A DNA stretch of 32,000 bases from Mycolicibacterium smegmatis (GTDB taxonomy: Bacteria; Actinomycetota; Actinomycetes; Mycobacteriales; Mycobacteriaceae), in NCBI RefSeq assembly GCF_001457595.1, contig NZ_LN831039.1, forward strand, positions 2,820,001-2,852,000, in the 5' to 3' direction. Positions 26,676-32,000 of the stretch are shown here, in pieces. The notes below the pieces were generated by a model. The model ran no database searches. It had not been told where the DNA came from and saw only the letters and a list, made by a program, of their open reading frames with translations. Numbering within the stretch: position 1 is the stretch's first letter; the number at the start of each line of letters is the position of its first letter. The position numbers and the translations under genes are program-made.

Positions 26676-26863
26676 GGGGTCTGGTCATCTCCTTCGGCGC
26701 CCCCTTCGGCACCGTGATCGGGCACGCTCTCGTCGCCCCGATAGGTGCCCGACGGCCGGTCGGTGGGGCCGCCCGACGGCTCATCGGATCCGGTGTCGCG
26801 TGAACCCGGCGCACCGCGCTCTTCCTGTGGTTCCTCGGACAGATGTCCGCCCGGAGTGGTCAT
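26672..26863 (-). CDS. Hypothetical 63-aa acidic, Gly/Pro/Asp/Glu-rich (probably disordered) protein
   Basis: MTTPGGHLSEEPQEERGAPGSRDTGSDEPSGGPTDRPSGTYRGDESVPDHGAEGGAEGDDQTP. A strong SD, GAAGGAGGAAG, lies upstream. ATGA overlaps with both neighbours. On the track it is hidden inside a longer spurious ORF (to 27214). Confidence 0.5.
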   Translation of the reverse strand: MTTPGGHLSEEPQEERGAPGSRDTGSDEPSGGPTDRPSGTYRGDESVPDHGAEGGAEGDDQTP

Positions 26864-27588
26864 GCTTCCTCCTTCACCTCGCGCAACGCGTTGACGACGC
26901 CGAGCGTGGTCAGGGTCGATTCGGTCAACGCGGTGACGTCGTGGGGGGACAGGGTGTCGCACACCCAGTCCCAATGTGCCGAGACGGTGTCGCCGGGGCG
27001 GGGCGCCGCGATGAGCGACGCGCCGCCGCGGCTCCATCGGACGTATTCGGCTACGGCGCTGTCGAGTTCGATGCGCCGGCCGTTGCGAACCAGGGGACGG
27101 GATTCGAGTTTCACGTGCTCGCCTTCGACCTCGACGACCGTGCCCCACCGGATCCGGCAGTTCTGCAACACGTGCAGTGCGGGTTCGGGATTGCGGTCGA
27201 GGAACCGGATCCACGGATACACCACGAACACGTGGAAACTGTGGTGTGCCAGAACCGACTTCGACACCGGGACGTCTTCGAGGAGCCCCATGACCTGACC
27301 CGCGAAAGCCGTGCGGAGATCGGCAACGAGGTCCGCCGGGTCGACGCGGTTCAGCACGGGCCCGCCGACCCAGTAGCCGGCCACGACGTCTTCGGCCAAC
27401 GGTTCAGCGCCGATCGCGTGCGCGATCGCACGCAGGTAGGGCCAGGCGCCGTCGAACTCGGGTGCGTGGAAGGCCAGTTCGGCGGGCTCGGCTGCTCCGT
27501 CCGGACCGCAGTAGCCGAGCTCGTTGGGCGGGAAGGCGTACCGGGTGAACAGCTCGTACCCGGCCGGCAGCGGGGAATGGACGACCAT
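26860..27588 (-). CDS. Conserved hypothetical protein of hydrogenase maturation clusters; C-terminal part HypC-like
   Basis: 242 aa starting 4 nt after the hypF stop. The C-terminal stretch NCRIRWGTVVEVEGEHVKL...PGDTVSAHWDWVC mimics HypC (C-x4-G-x-V-V-[DE]-[VI] ... GDWV.VH.GF). Confidence 0.72.
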   Translation of the reverse strand: MVVHSPLPAGYELFTRYAFPPNELGYCGPDGAAEPAELAFHAPEFDGAWPYLRAIAHAIGAEPLAEDVVAGYWVGGPVLNRVDPADLVADLRTAFAGQVMGLLEDVPVSKSVLAHHSFHVFVVYPWIRFLDRNPEPALHVLQNCRIRWGTVVEVEGEHVKLESRPLVRNGRRIELDSAVAEYVRWSRGGASLIAAPRPGDTVSAHWDWVCDTLSPHDVTALTESTLTTLGVVNALREVKEEA

Positions 27589-27592
27589 CGCG

Positions 27593-29884
27593 CTACCCCG
27601 CGTTCCCGACGAGCAGTTGTCCCAGCGCGAGGCCGCCGTCGTTGGGTGGTACCCGGCAGGCGGTGAGCGCGTGGATCCCGCTGTCGCGCAGGCCCGCCAG
27701 CGTCAACCGGAGCAGCAGCGCGTTCTGGAACACGCCGCCGGTCAGCGCGACGGGACCACCCGCGGCCAGACGCGCGAGGTCGACGACGAGGTCCGCGACG
27801 GCCTGGTGGAAGCGCGCACTGATGACCGCGGGTGGCACGTGTGCCCGCAGGTCGGCGATCACCGCGGCGAGAACGGGCGCCGCATCGAAGGTCACCGGTC
27901 GGCGGTCCGTGTACATCGCGAAGGCGTACGCCGTTGCGCCGGTAGGGGTGTGACGTGCCTGCCCCTCCAGTTCGATCGCGGCCTGCGCCTCGTAGTCGAC
28001 GGTCTGGCGTACCCCGATCAACGCCGAGACGGCGTCGAACAGGCGGCCCATGCTCGACGTGGGTACACAGCCCGTTCCGGTGTTCAGTTGGCCGCACAGC
28101 GCGCGGCGTTCGCCCTCGGGACACGCCCGAACCGGTGGCAGGTCGGCATCCCACGGGATGCCTGCCGCCCACAGATGCGACAGCGCCATCCGGTAGGGCC
28201 GCCGCACGCTCACGTCACCGCCCGCGAGCGGCACATACGCGAGGTGGGCGATGCGCTCGAAACCCTTGTAGTCGGCGAGCAGGACCTCGCCGCCCCACAC
28301 CGCGCCGTCGGACCCGAAACCGGTGCCGTCGAACGCGATACCGAGCACGCGCGCTGACCCGTCCAAGCCGTGCTCGGCCATGACCGCCGCGATGTGCGCG
28401 TGGTGATGCTGCACCGACCGCACCGGCCGGCCCCCGGCGTTGCGGTGTGCCCAGGCCGTCGAACGGTATCCCGGGTGCGCGTCGGCGGCGAGCATGCGCG
28501 GCGTGGTGCCGGTGAGTGCCTGCAGGTGCGTCACCGCGCGGTCGAAAGCCGACAGCGCGGCGAGATCGTCCATGTCGCCGATGTAGCCGCTGAGCCACGC
28601 GTACTCGTGGTCGCCGACGGCGACGGTGTTCTTGAGATCGGCGCCCACCGCCAGCGTCGGCACGACCGGGACCGGTAACGCCACCGGCAGCGGCGCGTAG
28701 CCGCGGGACCGGCGGATCGCCATCTCGGAGACCTCGTCGTCGTCGACGACGCGGACCACGGAGTCGTCACACGGCACCAGGATCGCGCGGTCGTGTGTCA
28801 ACCATGCGTCGGCGAGGCCCGACAGACGTTGCAGCGCATCGTCGTCGGCGAAGCAGATCGGTTCGCCGCTGAGGTTGGCCGAGGTCATGACCAGCGCTGC
28901 AGGTCCCGGCGGGTCACCGGGAAGCCCGAACAGCAGGGCGTGCAGCGGACTGTAGGCCAGCATCACGCCCAGATCGGGGTTGTGTGGGGAAACCTCGGGG
29001 CAGACGAGGGTCTCGGACCGGCGTGGTATCAGCACGATGGGACGCTGCGGTCCGCACAGCAGGCGCGCCGCGACGTCGCCGACCTCGGCGACCGCGCGTG
29101 CGGTGGCGAGTTCGGCCACCATCACCGCGAACGGCTTGTCACCCCGGCGTTTCCGGTGTCTGAGTTCGGCGACGCTCACGCGGTTTGCGGCATCGCACGC
29201 GAGGTGGTAACCGCCTATGCCCTTGACCGCGACGATGCCGCCGGTGGCCAGCAGTTGCCGCGCGCGCTGCAGCGCGTGTTCACCGGTGGCGTGTTCACCC
29301 TCTGTGGTGAGCAAGCGCAGCGTGGGCCCACAGTTCGGGCAGCACACCGGTTGCGCGTGGAACCGCCGGTCGTCCGGATCGCGGTATTCGCGGGCGCACT
29401 CGGTGCACATCGGGAAGCCGGCCATGGTGGTGCTCGCGCGGTCGTACGGCAACGACGCGATGATCGTGAACCGCGGCCCGCAGTTCGTGCAGTTGATGAA
29501 TGCGTGGCGATGGCGGCGGTTGGCCGGATCCCGTTGCTCGGCGGCGCAGTCCCGGCACATCGCGACATCCGGTGACACCAGGGTGCGCCCACCATCGGCA
29601 CGTGAGGTGTCGGTGATGCGAAAGCCCGTGCCGCCCACGGTCGTGATGCGCCGTACCTCGACGGACTCGATCACCGCGAGCGGGGGAGGGCCGTCGTGCA
29701 GCCGCTGCAGGAACCGCTCGAGATCGCCCTCGTCACCCTCGATCTCGATGATCGCACCGGAACTGTCGTTGCGTACGTGCCCGGTCAGGCCCATCGCCGC
29801 GGCCGTGGTGTAGACGAACGGACGGAACCCGACCCCCTGGACGACGCCGTGCACGTCGATGCGGAGCCGCAGGCGCGCGGTCAC
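27593..29884 (-). CDS. hypF: [NiFe]-hydrogenase maturation carbamoyltransferase HypF
   Basis: 763 aa. It has an acylphosphatase domain (VHGVVQGVGFRPFVY), two CxxC-x18-CxxC zinc fingers (CRDCAAE...CTNCGP; CTECARE...CPNCGP), and YrdC-like and Kae1-like domains. Confidence 0.97.
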   Translation of the reverse strand: MTARLRLRIDVHGVVQGVGFRPFVYTTAAAMGLTGHVRNDSSGAIIEIEGDEGDLERFLQRLHDGPPPLAVIESVEVRRITTVGGTGFRITDTSRADGGRTLVSPDVAMCRDCAAEQRDPANRRHRHAFINCTNCGPRFTIIASLPYDRASTTMAGFPMCTECAREYRDPDDRRFHAQPVCCPNCGPTLRLLTTEGEHATGEHALQRARQLLATGGIVAVKGIGGYHLACDAANRVSVAELRHRKRRGDKPFAVMVAELATARAVAEVGDVAARLLCGPQRPIVLIPRRSETLVCPEVSPHNPDLGVMLAYSPLHALLFGLPGDPPGPAALVMTSANLSGEPICFADDDALQRLSGLADAWLTHDRAILVPCDDSVVRVVDDDEVSEMAIRRSRGYAPLPVALPVPVVPTLAVGADLKNTVAVGDHEYAWLSGYIGDMDDLAALSAFDRAVTHLQALTGTTPRMLAADAHPGYRSTAWAHRNAGGRPVRSVQHHHAHIAAVMAEHGLDGSARVLGIAFDGTGFGSDGAVWGGEVLLADYKGFERIAHLAYVPLAGGDVSVRRPYRMALSHLWAAGIPWDADLPPVRACPEGERRALCGQLNTGTGCVPTSSMGRLFDAVSALIGVRQTVDYEAQAAIELEGQARHTPTGATAYAFAMYTDRRPVTFDAAPVLAAVIADLRAHVPPAVISARFHQAVADLVVDLARLAAGGPVALTGGVFQNALLLRLTLAGLRDSGIHALTACRVPPNDGGLALGQLLVGNAG

Positions 29885-30141
29885 GGCGCACCCCCGAGGG
29901 AGTCGGGCCGACCGCGTCCCATCAGTTCGAGGCCCTCCAGCGCGGCCTGCGCCCCGGCGGCGTCGGTCTTCTCGACGACGAAACCCATGTGGATGACCAC
30001 CCAGTCGCCTTCGGCGAACGTCTCCTCGGGCAGCATGCCGACATTGACCTTGCGATGCTCACCCGCGACGTCGACCAGGGCGAGTTGTCCGCCGTAGCCG
30101 TCGAGCATCCGGACCACCCGTCCGGGAATTCCCAGGCACAT
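29881..30141 (-). CDS. hypC: Second HypC/HupF-family chaperone
   Basis: 86 aa: MCLGIPGRVVRML...GDWVVIHMGFVV. Its stop overlaps the hypF GTG (GTGA). The track start 30267 overlaps the protease gene and is rejected. Confidence 0.9.
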   Translation of the reverse strand: MCLGIPGRVVRMLDGYGGQLALVDVAGEHRKVNVGMLPEETFAEGDWVVIHMGFVVEKTDAAGAQAALEGLELMGRGRPDSLGGAP

Positions 30142-30142
30142 G

Positions 30143-30625
30143 TCAGGTCCTCCGCACCGGGGTCCGGTGATCTGCCACCGCGGATCTGATCGCCTCGACC
30201 GCAGCGGGGACGGCGGCGGCGACCGCGTCGGACAGTCCGATGCCTTCGGCGACACTGCCCACCTCACAACCGATCACGACCGTGGGCGGCACGGCGCCGC
30301 CGAGGGCGCGCACGGTCGCGAACACGGCCGCGGGATCCATGGCGTGCGCATCGAGGCCGGGGGTCGTGTCCATGGGGTCGGCCTCGAAGACGCGTAGGGT
30401 CCCGGGCCGGACGCGACACGGCAGGGCGTCGACCAGCACCAGGAGGTCCCAGCCCTCGAGCAGGTCGTACGCCAGGTGCAGCCCGCGGATTCCGTAGTCG
30501 CACAGACGGACACCCGCGGCAGCCACGTCCGGTGGCACACGGCGCAGCACCTCGGGACCGAACCCGTCGTCACCGAGGAAGATGTTGCCGATGCCGGCCA
30601 CCAGGACCGAGTGCGTGATCGTCAC
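30143..30625 (-). CDS. hupD: Hydrogenase maturation endopeptidase (HupD/HyaD/HybD family)
   Basis: GIGNIFLGDDGFGPEV, LVLVDA and GLDAHAMDP motifs. The GTG start lies 3 nt after the stop of the 39-aa ORF. Confidence 0.9.
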   Translation of the reverse strand: MTITHSVLVAGIGNIFLGDDGFGPEVLRRVPPDVAAAGVRLCDYGIRGLHLAYDLLEGWDLLVLVDALPCRVRPGTLRVFEADPMDTTPGLDAHAMDPAAVFATVRALGGAVPPTVVIGCEVGSVAEGIGLSDAVAAAVPAAVEAIRSAVADHRTPVRRT

Positions 30626-30628
30626 TCC

Positions 30629-30748
30629 TCACATACGCCGCATCTTCAGATACCGCTGCGCGTCCGGTATCGAACGAACTCCGACCACCACGCCCGCGAC
30701 CACCACGGCCGCGACGACGACGACCGCGGCCCACCCGACTGCTTCCAT
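30629..30748 (-). CDS. Hypothetical 39-aa single-pass membrane peptide (not on the supplied ORF track)
   Basis: MEAVGWAAVVVVAAVVVAGVVVGVRSIPDAQRYLKMRRM. SD GAGAGGAG lies 6 nt before the ATG, third-position GC is high, and it sits in a 147-nt gap inside a tightly packed operon. Confidence 0.5.
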   Translation of the reverse strand: MEAVGWAAVVVVAAVVVAGVVVGVRSIPDAQRYLKMRRM

Positions 30749-30773
30749 CTGGCACTCCTCTCACTGCGTCCGC

Positions 30774-31931
30774 TCATATGGGTTCGATTTCGTCCGGCGC
30801 GAAGTACAGGTAACGGCCGTACCAGTCGTGCAGGTCGGCCGCCGGATCGTCGTCGAGCACCACACCGACATGCCGTTCGCCGTCGACGTCCTCGTGAATG
30901 GAGGCCACCCAGGCGATCCGGTTGTCGAAGAACAGATCCTGTGCGTCGGCGCGGCGAGACGGATGCAGCCGCACCCGGCAGCCGCGGCTGACCGCGACAC
31001 CGTTGACCAGCACGGCATCGACCGCCGGGTCGACGGCGTTGTCCGCCAGCGGATCCCACCACGGCACGCCGTCGGGGACCTCCGGGAGCAGGCTGGACCG
31101 CTCATCGTCGGTGGTGCGCAGTACGCCGTGCAGGTCGAGCATCGCCTCGGCGGACATGGCGTCGCACCGGTCGATGATCTGCGCGGCGAGCGGGTCGGTC
31201 GCGCGCGCCAGCAGCTTCTCCTCGTCGGTCAGCGCCATCACGCGCAGGGTGAGGATCTCGTCGATCTCGCACGAGTCGTACAGGGCGCCCCGGCTCTGCG
31301 CGGCGATCTGGGGGTGGTCGTAGAGGATGATCGGTGAGACCAGCATGAGATCTCGGGTCCCGTCGGGCCCGGCCAGAACCGGGAAGCAGCGGTGCCGCTC
31401 ACACCGCGACACTGCTTCGGCCGCGCGATCATCCGGTTCGAGCAGTGACACGAACTCGCCGTCGTCGATCTCGGCGATCAGGTGGGTGCCGAGGAACGAC
31501 ACCGCGGTCGCGCTCTGCCTGTCCTCGACCGGAGCGGCGCGGTTGCGCACCGTCATCGTCACCCGGAACAGGTCGCCGTCGGGTTCGGCCCGAAGGAGCA
31601 GTTCACCGCACAGGGCCCGGCGGGTGCGAACCAGACGCCCGCCCTCGACGGTCTCGATCTCGCGGCCGCCTTCGACGGTGATCGGGTGCGTTCGCGAAGT
31701 CGTGAGATCATCGACATCGAACGGGCCGAGGGTGACCTGCTGCGCGACGGCCTCGTCCCAGCTCAGCCATGAGCCCGCGGTGGACACGAGTTCGTCGACG
31801 GGGACGAAACTTTCGCGCGCGGCGTCGTCGAGGTGGCGGCGCTCGGCCGACCTGTGCTGCAGCTGCAGGAAACGGACCGTCACCGAGAGCCGTCCGCGGC
31901 CGTCGCCGCGGACGAGGAGCTGTGCGGACAT
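30774..31931 (-). CDS. Conserved hypothetical protein of the hydrogenase cluster (at least 385 aa)
   Basis: It is the only long ORF in operon orientation, with no motif I can name. The frame stays open upstream of ATG 31931 to the window edge (...WGVLGPEGAESAGIGENSS-M) and the SD is weak, so the true start may lie beyond 32000. Confidence 0.65.
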   Translation of the reverse strand: MSAQLLVRGDGRGRLSVTVRFLQLQHRSAERRHLDDAARESFVPVDELVSTAGSWLSWDEAVAQQVTLGPFDVDDLTTSRTHPITVEGGREIETVEGGRLVRTRRALCGELLLRAEPDGDLFRVTMTVRNRAAPVEDRQSATAVSFLGTHLIAEIDDGEFVSLLEPDDRAAEAVSRCERHRCFPVLAGPDGTRDLMLVSPIILYDHPQIAAQSRGALYDSCEIDEILTLRVMALTDEEKLLARATDPLAAQIIDRCDAMSAEAMLDLHGVLRTTDDERSSLLPEVPDGVPWWDPLADNAVDPAVDAVLVNGVAVSRGCRVRLHPSRRADAQDLFFDNRIAWVASIHEDVDGERHVGVVLDDDPAADLHDWYGRYLYFAPDEIEPI

Positions 31932-32000
31932 CGAGCTGTTCTCGCCGATCCCGGCGGATTCGGCGCCTTCGGGCCCCAGAACGCCCCACTGCCAACGGCA

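Overview
This is a high-GC actinobacterial chromosome segment. It is almost certainly from a fast-growing Mycobacterium/Mycolicibacterium and looks M. smegmatis-like; that assignment is inferred from protein sequences and gene order. The core, about 6.9-21 kb, is colinear with M. tuberculosis Rv2754c to Rv2738c: thyX-dapA-rnj, a membrane/SDR/ABM operon, ftsK, the argA-like GNAT, pgsA, a CinA C-domain gene, clgR-pspA-rv2743c-like, a DUF5313-like gene, ephG, a GT1 glycosyltransferase and a DUF3046 gene.

Left of thyX lies a variable region. It holds a partial IS3-family element that truncates an mmpL gene, a YcaQ/AlkZ-like winged-helix protein, and a GntR-controlled proline iminopeptidase + APC permease module.

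From about 21.2 kb to the right edge there is a minus-strand [NiFe]-hydrogenase maturation operon (hupD-hypC-hypF ... hypE-hypC-hypD). It is tightly translationally coupled and interleaved with six uncharacterised ORFs. Two of these are short ORFs: one is below the ORF-track cutoff, and the other appears on the track only inside a longer ORF.

The most interesting object is a 1,470-bp IS900-like (IS110-family) element sitting exactly in the 18-nt hypE-hypC spacer. Its 245-nt non-coding left end contains four short segments that mirror the target flanks and the joined IS ends, in the arrangement expected of a bispecific bridge (guide) RNA. Its two ends would also assemble a TTGACT-N17-TAAGTT promoter only after circularisation.

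No tRNA, rRNA or CRISPR array was seen. Many long ORFs on the track are antisense or N-terminal-extension artefacts typical of GC-rich DNA.
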